Shown here: positions 1 to 10,991 of the stretch, piece after piece
Layout: the number at the start of each line of letters is the position of its first letter
How positions within the stretch are numbered: position 1 is the stretch's first letter
NCBI GenBank assembly: GCA_040143965.1
Contig: JASJQH010006945.1
Location: forward strand, 1 to 33,820
DNA: 33,820 bases
Origin: Basidiobolus ranarum
Lineage: Eukaryota
Reading direction: 5' to 3'
The notes under the pieces: generated by a model
The model's input: the letters and a program-made list of their open reading frames with translations, nothing else
Told to the model about the DNA's origin: nothing
Databases searched by the model: none
Program-made: the position numbers and the translations under genes

Positions 1-841
1 TAACATTTATACTAAAGCTGCCAAATATATATGTATATATTCCTCATCTTCCATCCAAGTTCCGATCTATAGTGAGTAGGAAGCTGGCAGTAGGAGCGAA
101 AGCAAATTGTATACACGTAATATTGGGTACTTGCGTTGGGTACTTTCGATCAAATCATGGTTGACAGTTAATGATGGCCAAGAGCTCGGAATCGGCTGCA
201 CGATGTCCCGCGAATTATCATAGATATTTGAGTAAACTGATAGAAAAAAGTGACGAAATTTGTAACTATCTCTGAATATCATGTGGCCTACTTTGTTAGT
301 CTTACCTATTTTGAATCTATACCGAAGCCGGTTGATATTTTCGCCTTCTCGGCACATTGTTCTTGCCTCGTGGGTTCATTTTTTGATAGGTTTATCAAGT
401 ATTTCTTTGGTCGAGATACGCTCCATTTGTCTATGCGGAGGTCCCCAACCAGAACCTTTCCTGGTCAAGACAAAGTCTGGAATGTAGCCTCTGCTACTAT
501 TTTCATAGGTCACCGATAGGGTTACCCCGATTTCATTGGTGTTCCTACCAAGTGGGAAAGACAGTCATGGTCAATATGTACATATATATGGTTTCTGTTA
601 AATTAAAACAATCAAAGAAATTTCGCCAATTTTAAGATTTCTAGTCGCTGAAGTACCGTGTCTGATTTCTAAAGTAGCTTCGATCAAACCAATAAGGTTC
701 AGTCAGGGTTTCAAGGATTATTCGGAAGATCAACCGGACCAACGGGGGTTAAGGGATTTTCTTGTATATATACAGAGACGCAACATTGTCTATCCACCAT
801 CACATAATTCCTCCTTTTTTTCTTTCTGTGGATAGATTAAT

Positions 842-1372
842 ATGAGCTCTATCACTTCTACACCTACATCAGCGATCATCGCTACGAGTACTTATTCTCC
901 TTCGGTGTCGTACCCAACTGCGACCCCGCCGCCATCAAAACCAGATGATTTTGCAAGCGTCTCATTTTTTGGCCAATACCTCTCGTTTAGTCCGCTGTTT
1001 CTCACCTTAATAATTATAACATTAATTTTAATTCTTATCGTTACTATAATTCACCTTTATCGTGAAAACTGCCGACGCAAGTTAGCCAAGAAATGTACTC
1101 AACAAACAGTTGATCAGTATACAAGCCACGTGTTAGAGAACTCACCTGTAAATGATGTCCTTCCCAGTTATTCTTCAGCTGGATGCGAACCTGCCGTACC
1201 TGAAGCTGTTGTACAAAATATCAGTCGACAGGCGTACGAAAGTATCATTGACATGTCAAGATATCAACCTACTAATGTCACCAATCCGCCAGTGACTAGT
1301 CAATTACCACCTGCTTATGAACAACTAGAAGAGACAACCCCTTCTCCTAGCTACGTACGCCCCTCTCAATAA
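842..1372 (+). CDS. Single-pass membrane protein with cytoplasmic PY motifs (putative Rsp5/Nedd4 adaptor-like)
   Basis: 176-aa intronless ORF. S/T/P-rich N-terminus, one long hydrophobic segment (PLFLTLIIITLILILIVTIIHLY), basic stop-transfer RENCRRKLAKK, then LPSY, PPAY and PSY motifs. TATATA at ~765. Confidence 0.75.
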   Translation: MSSITSTPTSAIIATSTYSPSVSYPTATPPPSKPDDFASVSFFGQYLSFSPLFLTLIIITLILILIVTIIHLYRENCRRKLAKKCTQQTVDQYTSHVLENSPVNDVLPSYSSAGCEPAVPEAVVQNISRQAYESIIDMSRYQPTNVTNPPVTSQLPPAYEQLEETTPSPSYVRPSQ

Positions 1373-2026
1373 TAACCTGTCAGTGTCATGGATCTACAAA
1401 ACTCCTCTCACCTGAAATCACTGCAATAAGCAAGCATAGAGATTCAACGCTATCGATTTCCTCAACACTCGAGCTAATTTATTATCCCTGTACACAATTG
1501 ACGTCCATTAAATTCATGTAAATTTTACTCATTTTCCCTTATCAACTTAATTGCTGGAATATAGATAAATAATTTTCACTCCCATGATTTCTAACTAGTA
1601 GTTATCCACTAATTTAATGGAATTTCTATGGCAAGATTATTTAACGTGGTAATTAAAATACGGAAAAAATATTAATACCATGGAAGGAAGTGTGGCAAAT
1701 TGCGGTAAATGGAATGCTCATCAAAAGACTGTTATGGTCCAGATACGGACAGAGGTAGTCCTTTCTTGTTGGACAGGGAATAAGTGAATTTCCATAAAAA
1801 ATTGTAACAATGCTAAGGCATTTATCTAGTAGCCCACAAAGCATATAGACGAGCATTTATGTAAGAAGCAACATAGCATATATAGTTAATTTCACCATTT
1901 ATTGTACAGATGTCAAATCTGTCGAACAAAAGATACTTTACATTTCATAGTTTAGATGTGATTATGGAAGCTGAAGTAAAATACATGAAAATTATTCAAA
2001 GATGAATCGATATGTGAGTCGATACA

Positions 2027-3421
2027 CTAGTTGAGAATGCTCATTCTATGAGCTTTGCTGTTACTTTTACGATCAAACATTTGATCCACTTCTTCAAGAC
2101 TAAGTCCTTTCGTTTCCGGAACACAGAAGAATACAGTTAGAAACATAATCACCCCAAAAAGTGCGAATATACCGTATAGACCCCACTTGATAGACTCCAT
2201 TAGTTTTGGTACAACCAGACCTACTAGAAAATTGAAAGTCCAATTTGTTGCTGTAGTAATACTCAAGCATTTGGCGCGGACTCGGTTAGGGTATATCTCA
2301 CTAGGATATACCCATCCAATAGGTCCCCATGTGAATGCAAAGAATGCAATGAAACAAAAGATGATAGCTAAACATGCGTAACTGTACGGTTGTCGTACAG
2401 AGGGAACTGGTGTATATACAGCAAATATGACAGCAAGGATAGACATGGTGACTGTCATCATGACTGCACCGCCAAGTAATAAAGCTCTTCTCCCCAGTCG
2501 GTCCAAAAAAATCACACACGGAATGGTAAAGACAAAATTTACAACTCCATTTAGTGCTGTAGCTAACAAACGAGCGCCAGTACTCCCGAATCCAAGCGAC
2601 TGTAGAATGGATGGTGCGTAATACATGATGGCATTTATACCAGTTAACTGCTGGAAGGTTTGTATTGACACACCGATGAGTAGTCTGGCAAAAAGTTTGG
2701 GTCCCAATAACTCACTCCAAGAGCCAGGTCCTATTTCACGCTCGAATTGAATGTTCAACTCTATTTCAGTTAACTCTTCTTCTGGAGTATCACAAATCCT
2801 CTTCAATACTCGTAAGGCCTCACTTTTAAATCCTTGTGAAACCAACCAGCGAGGAGTTTTTGGTAGAAATAGCATGGAGAATACAAGTATAACGGCTGGT
2901 ATTATTTGCACCCCTAAAGGCAATCTCCACGAAATATTCCCGTTAAGAAAACTACTTCCATAGTTTACTAAAAAACTTACAAGAATTCCGAAGGTGATCG
3001 CCAGCTGATGAAGTCCGACTAAACTTCCTCTGATATGTTTTGGTGCAATTTCTGATTGATATAATGGGACAGTCATAGATAACATGCCAATTGCCAAACC
3101 AGAAATGATTCTTCCCGCATACAAATGGCCCAAAGAAAAGGCGGTGGTTTGTATGATGCCTCCTACGGAGAAAATAATTCCTCCACAAATGATACTAAGA
3201 CGGCGCCCATAGAAATCTGCTACATAATAAGCCGCTAAAGAGCCTATTAAACAACCCAGTGTCAAACTACTCACGATGAAACCTTTAGAGAAATCGTTGG
3301 TATGTGGAAATTGATTTTGAAATGGTTCCATATCTAATACACCACTGATGACACCAACATCATAACCGAAGAGTAAGCCCCCTATTGAGGCTACGCCAGC
3401 AGAAACATAGGCGTATAGCAT
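2027..3421 (-). CDS. MFS sugar porter (hexose/polyol transporter family)
   Basis: Motifs GGLLFGYDVGVISG, DFYGRR, GRIISG, YQSEIAP..RG, QQLTGIN, DRLGRR, PSEIYP..R, PETKG.SLEE; ~12 hydrophobic segments. First ATG is at 3421 (the ORF track starts at a TTG at 3442). Intronless. Confidence 0.95.
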   Translation of the reverse strand: MLYAYVSAGVASIGGLLFGYDVGVISGVLDMEPFQNQFPHTNDFSKGFIVSSLTLGCLIGSLAAYYVADFYGRRLSIICGGIIFSVGGIIQTTAFSLGHLYAGRIISGLAIGMLSMTVPLYQSEIAPKHIRGSLVGLHQLAITFGILVSFLVNYGSSFLNGNISWRLPLGVQIIPAVILVFSMLFLPKTPRWLVSQGFKSEALRVLKRICDTPEEELTEIELNIQFEREIGPGSWSELLGPKLFARLLIGVSIQTFQQLTGINAIMYYAPSILQSLGFGSTGARLLATALNGVVNFVFTIPCVIFLDRLGRRALLLGGAVMMTVTMSILAVIFAVYTPVPSVRQPYSYACLAIIFCFIAFFAFTWGPIGWVYPSEIYPNRVRAKCLSITTATNWTFNFLVGLVVPKLMESIKWGLYGIFALFGVIMFLTVFFCVPETKGLSLEEVDQMFDRKSNSKAHRMSILN

Positions 3422-3870
3422 AACTTCGATAAAATCTCTCAAAGGATTCAGAATTCTGGAGTAACAGTTTGGAAAAGCTTAAGTTTATCACGGGCGAAAA
3501 GTGAATTTACCGGCGAAATCGTTTAGTTAAAACGCAGAATTTCTAGATAGAATTTCCAATTATATACTCCATATTCATCACCCTAAAATTGAACTTTATC
3601 ATATTTAAAAGAATCCAGGCCAATTCCCTTAGCTTCAAATTGACCCTACTTATAGTCTAGAAACCGACCGCCTTTCTATATTTATATCAATTAATTCGTA
3701 ATATTCGCAAATCCACTCAATATATTCCACCAAGGAACAAGATGGACTTGTCTATATAGATCACGCTCGTTATATCAATTTCCTCGCCACTGGCAACAAA
3801 TTCAGATACATTTATTAGAGTTAGTTACATTAACAGAGTTCGAGATACAAATATACAGATATATAGTTCT

Positions 3871-4740
3871 TTACTGGTTATTACCAATTTTCGAGTTCCA
3901 CGAACGAGCACGTTCAAAACCGTTGGTTCCTTTGCTATAATCAACAAAGGTTTGCTGAATATCTTCCTCATCATTCATAACAAATGGTCCATATTGAACA
4001 ACTGGTTCTTTGATTGGCTCACCAGCAACAAGTACGAAGTGAACTGGACTCTCCTTTGTCTCGATACTAATTCTGTCCCCTTCTTCATTGAGTGTCAGAG
4101 TGTGATGTGCTTTACCAAAAGACCCCTTCGAACCAAAGTAACCTTCTCCTTCCAATATGTACAGAAAGCCTTGATAACTGTTTGGAATGACCTGCTCAAA
4201 TTTTGAATCTTTCCCTACTTTAAAGTCGAGGTACATGGTGGGTGTTTTGGTGACTACAGGACTAGCAACTCCAAATGACTCACCAGCAATAACCTTGATT
4301 ACTGCATCAACTCCAGGTGGTGATACCCTTGGGATCTCTTTATCAAGGAGCTCTTGGTAACGTGGTTCACACATCTTATCCTTGCCTGCCAAGTTCACCC
4401 AGAGCTGAAGACCATGGCACCTAGTTTTGGGCATTTCTGCGTGAACAATACCACGACCAGCAGTCATCCATTGAAGATCACCCGGACCGATTTCACCTTG
4501 ATGTCCTGCGAAATCTTCATGTGCAATAATTCCTTCAAGCATGTACGTGACAGTTTCAAATCCTCGATGGGGATGATCTGGAAAGCCAGCAGGTGGTTCA
4601 ACCATAAATTCATCAAGCATGAGGAAAGGATCAAAATTCTCCAGGGCACTAGTTCCAATACTTCTACGCACTGTAGCGCCATCTCCCTCAGATTGAGCGA
4701 TCGCCTTTACGAAATTAGTAACAAATCTTTGAGTGGCCAT
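3871..4740 (-). CDS. Pirin (bicupin iron-binding protein)
   Basis: EGDGATVRRSIG, DPFLMLDEF, GFPDHPHRGFETVTY, QWMTAGRGIVHAEMP, LQLWVNL, EPVVQYGPFVMN. Intronless, 289 aa. Confidence 0.96.
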   Translation of the reverse strand: MATQRFVTNFVKAIAQSEGDGATVRRSIGTSALENFDPFLMLDEFMVEPPAGFPDHPHRGFETVTYMLEGIIAHEDFAGHQGEIGPGDLQWMTAGRGIVHAEMPKTRCHGLQLWVNLAGKDKMCEPRYQELLDKEIPRVSPPGVDAVIKVIAGESFGVASPVVTKTPTMYLDFKVGKDSKFEQVIPNSYQGFLYILEGEGYFGSKGSFGKAHHTLTLNEEGDRISIETKESPVHFVLVAGEPIKEPVVQYGPFVMNDEEDIQQTFVDYSKGTNGFERARSWNSKIGNNQ

Positions 4741-5673
4741 TGCCTTGTTTCAAATGTAATTTGAAAATTGACTCTCAGCCATCTGAGGTTTTATATCCCT
4801 GGTATATCGGAAAAATATCTAAACTAGCAATATTATGCGGCACCATTTTGGATTCGACATTTATAAGTTATTTGAATTATCCGGGCTTTGATTGTCGGAA
4901 AAAATATTACTTGGATTGAGAAACATGAGCTACTACAGAGAGCTTCTCTAACCATTTTCCACTTGGTATATACCTGAACTCTAGTTAGAGTGTTTTAGAA
5001 TACAGTGTTCCTGTATCAAATAGCACACACCTGAGATAGGGTTAACTTGTCAATAAGAGAAATGTTAATTGGCACATACTGCGTCGGATAGAGTTTTAGC
5101 ATCAGCCTACCATAATAATAACCTAAACTTGATTCGATTTCCATTGGCAAGTCAAGAAATTTGGTAAAGACAGAGGCAAATACAAGTGAGTGCGTGACTC
5201 CTCCACAAGCTAGAATTCCTCTATGGATGAATAATATTAGTTATCCCCCTACCGCACGTGATAGCGCAACCTCAGCTTCGGCAATTAAAACTTACTAGTC
5301 ACTTGGATGATATCATGTATTTTATGTGTGCTTACCAATTTTGGAACTGATGATTCAATCCCATCAAATACCGAGTTCTCTCTTTTCATATATTTACAGA
5401 GCCTATATGCCAATCATTTCATCACAGTGACAGGTTTTGATTGCTTTCTGAATTAATAATTTTTTCATTTCAAGCAAATGTTGTAAACATTAGACATTAG
5501 CCAAGCATTTACTAAGCAAAGTACACTTGGGTTATTTATATATAGATTGTGTACGAAGTAAATGCTGATATATATTCTTTTTACCTCACTGCTTCTGAAT
5601 TTGACTCCCTATCTACTCGAACCCTATTTATTACCTTTAATATATTCCAACGCTCGTAAACTACTGTAACTAA

Positions 5674-7024
5674 ATGAGTGCGTCTCTATTTTCATTCACG
5701 TCTCAATTACGTCAAGTGCTAAATTCATGCAGTTCGAGCATTGCTATGTCTTGCACTTCTGTAAAGTCAAAGGTTCTCACTCGTATCACCTCCACTGAAA
5801 TTTATAACTCTCAACCAGCCAATGAAGACGCAATTATATATCACAAAGTTGTTAAACAGATGCCCATTAAACCTACTTATATTGCCCCACGAAATCCCAT
5901 TGTTTTATGTCATGGTAAGCTATGAGCAGTCTAAAACATTATGTAGTAACTAAAAAAGAACACGAACTGACAAAGTGATTCACATATGGAATAGGCCTTT
6001 ATGGTTTTGATAAGATGGGTTAGTGTTTAAGTATTTGAACAATGGGTTTGAACAAAGAGTGCTTATATTTTGAAATTGTAGGTCCAGACTTTTTACCAGT
6101 CCTACAAGTTCACTATTGGCAAGGTATCAGAGAAGCTCTTGAAAGATTAGGAGTGAAAGTCATTATAACCGGTGTTTCCAAGTGAGCAATATCTAGGATT
6201 ACTCACAAATTTATTTAGCTAACTTAATTATATCTTAGAACTGGTAATATCAAGCGGCGTGCCGAGGAAATCAATCGCTGCTTAGAGATGACTGCAGTTG
6301 GTGATCGAATCAACTTCGTTGCCCATTCGATGGTAAAATCCCATACAATTATTAATCGTTGTCAACCAACTTGCTAATCAGATCTGATTACTAGGGAGGC
6401 TTAGACTGTCGATATCTTATTACCCATTTGAAACCCAAAAAGTACCAAGTCAAGTCACTGACTACCTTATGCACACCACATAGAGGAAGTCCATTTATGG
6501 ACTGGTGTAGAGATCAGTTTGGCGTTGGGTTTGTTTCTCTTGGAGAGGCTACTCATACAGTCTACCCTGACCGGATGAAAGCGAAACGATCAATCATTAA
6601 ATACCTATCGCCATCCAATCCAACTTACCCACAGGGGTTTCATCCTGACCTTGGATGGATTAGTTTCCTACTCGATGAGCCAGCATACGCCAATCTTACC
6701 ACTGATTACTGTCGAAAATACTTTAATCCCAATACACCTGACTCTCCAGATGTTGCCTACTTCTCATATGGGGCCCAAGCAAAATCAATTTCCTGGGCTT
6801 CCCCTTTGTGGTTTACTCACGGCGTCATCATGAACCAAGAAGGGGTGAATGATGGTCTTGTAAGTTTGGGATCAGCACGCTGGGGAAAGTACATAGAGAC
6901 CATTGAAGCAAACCACTGGGACTTGAATAATCGATTCCGGCTCAGCACGATTGGTCAAACGCGATTTGACGCTGTTGACTTCTTCCTTAGAGTGGCTACC
7001 CGTTTATACCAAGAGGGCTACTAG
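5674..7024 (+). CDS. TGL2: Tgl2-like triacylglycerol lipase (alpha/beta hydrolase), 5 exons
   Basis: Exons 5674-5914, 5995-6018, 6082-6181, 6239-6332, 6395-7024, all joined by GT-AG introns. Splicing gives PIVLCHGLYGFD, VHYWQGI, nucleophile elbow AHSMGGLDCRY, TPHRGS, NDGLVS..SARWG and NHWDL. The N-terminus resembles a mitochondrial presequence. Confidence 0.9.
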
Positions 7025-7759
7025 AAGAAATGACGCCACCACAATCTCCATGTAGAGTTTTAAATAACTCATTTTTATACTCCCCTCCCAGCATGGAGTA
7101 TTAACTTTTAATATTTCTGTACTTTTTTTCCACCAAATCAATCCTGTGTCGTATTCCATTTTCTTTACCAGACACCTTTGGTCCAAGAAACTTGAACATT
7201 TTGCAGGTGATTCATTCATATAACTAAATCACAATATAGCATGACGTACATTTCAACACAATCTGACACTTTACTTGAAATTCCATTATTGAAGTATTTT
7301 GTTAGATTACTGTTGTGAAAAGCATTCAAAGGTGAACTTCTTATTTTCCGTTGACAATCTCTTCAAAATAAAGAAACTACTGTCCGAATACTCGAGCTTA
7401 ACCCTTGAAATTGAATTATGAAAAACAGACGAGTGATTTCGATTAATTGTTAGAAAGACTTATTGTAAAGCGAGTACTTTATAGTACCTGTTTGGCGTAC
7501 ACTGCGTAAAGATTATGAACAAATGAACTACGGAAAGAGAAGGATCTATTAATAACCATCGTGAGATAATGTATGTATGATAAATATACTCATAAATTAC
7601 AGAATCTATCTAAAGCATTAAAAATGACAAGATGCGTATGTCAAATCAAGCAAATACATTACAAGGAAAGGTAAAACAGTTAAACAAGTTTAAATGAACT
7701 TTCCTGGGAATTTGGGACTGTTCTAAATCTTGTAACTGACAAATAGAAATTTTTTATAT

Positions 7760-7775
7760 CACACACACACACACA
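7760..7775. repeat. (CA)n microsatellite
   Basis: cacacacacacacaca seen directly. Confidence 0.85.
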
Positions 7776-8064
7776 TTAGCCATATACACATGCACAAATA
7801 CAATGATTAAGCCTATTGAATACATACAATGAATATGGCTATATCTATTGAATGACTACCTATTGAAGGGTTTGAAATAATCCTGCAAGAACAACAGTAG
7901 TTACATCAAAGTCTATATATCTACCTGTGCTCATCGTGCTCATTAATTTGGGCGGCTTTAGAAGGAATGGAAACAGACAGATTAGGCAACTCATTAAGCA
8001 AACAACCTCAGCGTTTGTTACAGAAAGACCTAACCCCAACTTCCAAATGTACAAACACTGACAC

Positions 8065-8170
8065 AAGCCCATCCACAAGCACCATTTAGTTCATCAAAGC
8101 CCATCCACAAGCACCATTTAGTTCATCAAAGCCCATCCACAAGCACCATTTAGTTCATCAAAGCACATCC
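8065..8170 (+). repeat. 32-bp tandem minisatellite, 3 perfect copies plus a partial copy
   Basis: AAGCCCATCCACAAGCACCATTTAGTTCATCA at 8065, 8097 and 8129, then a degenerate aagcacatcc. Confidence 0.95.
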
Positions 8171-9231
8171 TCAACCTCAATTTATTTCATATGTGACCAA
8201 ATCAAGTCAGGTAACATTCCTTCAATCTGATTCGGAAACAAGTAAATGACTAATGTCGCAAACCCCAGCTCATTACATACAAAAACCGATGAAGTTGGCA
8301 GGCTCAGGGATGGTGTGGATGAGGGTGTAGATAGCCATCTGTATCACCCAACTCTATCTCGATTATTGACTCCAATGATGAAGTCAAGATCGATGATCAT
8401 TCTTTTAGGCAAAACATCTCGCTAGCATCAAGACCATATCAGAAACAACTCCACAAAAGCACACAGTATTCAGATATGCATTACGGGTGGTATTCAGATA
8501 TATACTTCAGGCTTCGTCACCATTAGACCAATGGGCAAGCCACATGATAATTATCCAATATCAAATCTGTAGCACAGAGCTGGATCCATCTTGAGAAACA
8601 GCTTGGCTCGGTTGTGCCTTTCCAAGTTGTTCCTTTCCGTAATACATGTGCGTACGTGTAAAAGTAAAGGCTTCTGTATATATATAATGTACTGAAGTGA
8701 ATTCAATGGATCTCATCTGCTATATTAAGCCTAGACTCTTCTCAACAAAGCACACAGATGGGCGAAGGCAAGCATCAGATTGTGATTGTGTGGGCTGTAA
8801 TGAAGTGATTTGTGATTATATGGAATCTTCTACTGCTCACTTGCTTCGTAACTAGCTTGAAAATGCGGATCAAGGTCAATCAAGCTCACATCAAGATACG
8901 GATCAATGCCACTGACAAATTATGCCCTTCTGATTTGACCAATGACCTCGCCTCTGACCAATACGGGAAATGCGGATCATCCACCCATGCCGATCCGACA
9001 ACTCTTAAAGAGGCCTTTTCCTAGCCTGCGCTGTGCTGTAGCTTTTTGATTGATATTCGCAATTCTTTTAAGGCTTAAATTCATTGTTCAGTTCAAGTCA
9101 GTCGCCATTGATCCTACTGATATTTATTTCATGAATAGCAAGCCGCTCCTTTTTGTCTAACTTAATATCTCTATACCTTAACCTGATAATATTACCTTTA
9201 GCAAGTTTCTTGCCAAATATTTAAACTACTA

Positions 9232-9993
9232 ATGTCTCTAAATAACGACCATTATCCACTTCCCCATATTCGAGATTTCTCCGACGTTTCTGATGCACAA
9301 CTTTTGTGGAAGAGACCTCTCGAGGCAAATGGTAATGTAGATTCCATGACTTATGAAAATGCTCAAGAGAACAAGCTCCTAGTGCTAGAGCCTCATGTAC
9401 AAACAGATCCGCTACACTATTGGCGTACAGGATTAGATAAAAAGTTGGCAAATTCATATCTTTCCTCTGTAGAGAAAGTGGTACTTTCTCATCCGACTTC
9501 AAAACTTTCATATGATGAAGAACCGACCTTTTCTTTTCCACAAGAAGATTTGTACAAAAAGCAGCATTCATTTCTCTCAAACTCTCCCACTTACCAAGCC
9601 GTTACACCCATGGATTTTTCCAAGCAAGACCCTACGCTATCTGTAAACCCGACTTTGGCCTTGGAGAAAACAACCCCTGCAGCAGCAAGCTCGTACTCCT
9701 CTTCTGACAATGAGCCTGCGGAGGACCGAGTTCCTGAATACTATAAAGGGCCAGTATTCATGGCCATATCTCGGAATACTGACAACAGGAGACACATATG
9801 CGAAATTTGCCAGAAGAGGTTTTCCCGGCCTAGCTCTTTGAAAACCCACATGTATACGCACACAGGGGAAAAGCCGTTTGTGTGTGTCTACGAGGGCTGT
9901 AGTAAAAGATTCTCAGTAGAATCGAATCTTAGAAGACACCTTAGACTACATGTAGCGCCATCCACCGAAGGAAGTGTCTTCGAAGAATCGTAA
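9232..9993 (+). CDS. Two-finger C2H2 zinc-finger transcription factor
   Basis: CEICQKRFSRPSSLKTHMYTH-TGEKPF-VCVYEGCSKRFSVESNLRRHLRLH near the C-terminus; low-complexity N-terminus; intronless. Confidence 0.93.
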   Translation: MSLNNDHYPLPHIRDFSDVSDAQLLWKRPLEANGNVDSMTYENAQENKLLVLEPHVQTDPLHYWRTGLDKKLANSYLSSVEKVVLSHPTSKLSYDEEPTFSFPQEDLYKKQHSFLSNSPTYQAVTPMDFSKQDPTLSVNPTLALEKTTPAAASSYSSSDNEPAEDRVPEYYKGPVFMAISRNTDNRRHICEICQKRFSRPSSLKTHMYTHTGEKPFVCVYEGCSKRFSVESNLRRHLRLHVAPSTEGSVFEES

Positions 9994-10740
9994 GCTATCA
10001 ACGTAGAATACATAATAAGCATCATCCGTCCACATTTAAATCATTCAATCATTTTTGTTTTTTACCACTTGTGCTATTTCTTTACGCATTGTAAAAATCC
10101 TCTAGCCTTTGCCTCTATTTCTTTTTAATAATTTCCCACATATCATATTTTCGATACTTTTTGTGCCCATCCCGACCACACCACACCGATCCACTTTGCT
10201 CTGATGATGTAAACAAAGTCAAGCATATGGAGTAACATAATTGGAATGTAGAACAGGTTGCACATGTACCATATGTATTTCCTTCAACCCATCTAATCCT
10301 CAAAAACGATAAAAAATTTCAGCATTACCACCAGGCACTGATCACATTATCTACTGAGAACATCAACAAATTGTCCGTTCTTCCTATCTTCTTGATTTCA
10401 TCGACTACTTACAAAACAATATGGAATGGGGAGTCATTGAAACCTCTAATGTCATTTTAGGCTAATCTACACAATGAAATTGGAACTGGCTATGCTAGAC
10501 TCTTTTTTATCTATATATAGAGCTAGATATAGGGCTAGAGAGAGCGATATATATGTATGTGTACACTCCTTTTTGTTATTGATCGACATTACACAGACCA
10601 ACGCAACTCGAGCCATACACTTTTAATTGGCTGAATGGTTCATTGGTTATATATCATGGGATATCACATTGTCCTTTAAAAGAAATTCCATGCAATGATG
10701 ATCCTCTCGCTTGTTCTATCAACCAACTAGATCCATCCAG

Positions 10741-10876
10741 CCCTAACCCTAACCCATCCACTCCTTACATGGAAATAATCTTAACCCTAATCTAATAGGA
10801 ATGTGTGTGAACTGGAGGTTGAATATTTAGCCTTTCTATTGTTGCTGATGGGAAGGGCTAGGATTAGGGTTAGGGT
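10741..10876. promoter_or_regulatory. Cluster of telomere-like (TTAGGG) motifs upstream of NPR2
   Basis: CCCTAACCCTAACCC at 10741, AACCCTAATC at 10783, TTAGGGTTAGGG at 10864. The regulatory role is inferred. Confidence 0.5.
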
Positions 10877-10991
10877 ACCTTTACTCATAGAGTTAACCCA
10901 TTTTGCTTGAGTATGATTAAATTTAGACATTTATTTTGATTTTACCAACTTACTCGATTATCACTATCATTTGTAACTTCTCCAGTTTGAT

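Noticed and set aside
67-570. Minus-strand ORF with an intron-like segment (GTAAG at 305 to CAG at ~237)
   Set aside because: No recognisable protein, and upstream frames are interrupted by stops. It may be a real or decayed gene but cannot be supported.
3871-4740. Bacterial HGT origin of the intronless pirin (and sugar porter)
   Set aside because: The sequences look like ordinary eukaryotic family members; lack of introns alone is not evidence. A phylogeny would be needed.
2187-4764. Antisense and nested short ORFs over the transporter and pirin (likewise over the TF, Sec2, RPS21 and Trp-rich genes)
   Set aside because: Shadow ORFs of well-supported genes.
8065-8170. CRISPR-like 32-bp repeats
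   Set aside because: Repeats are directly adjacent with no spacers, the context is eukaryotic and there are no cas genes.
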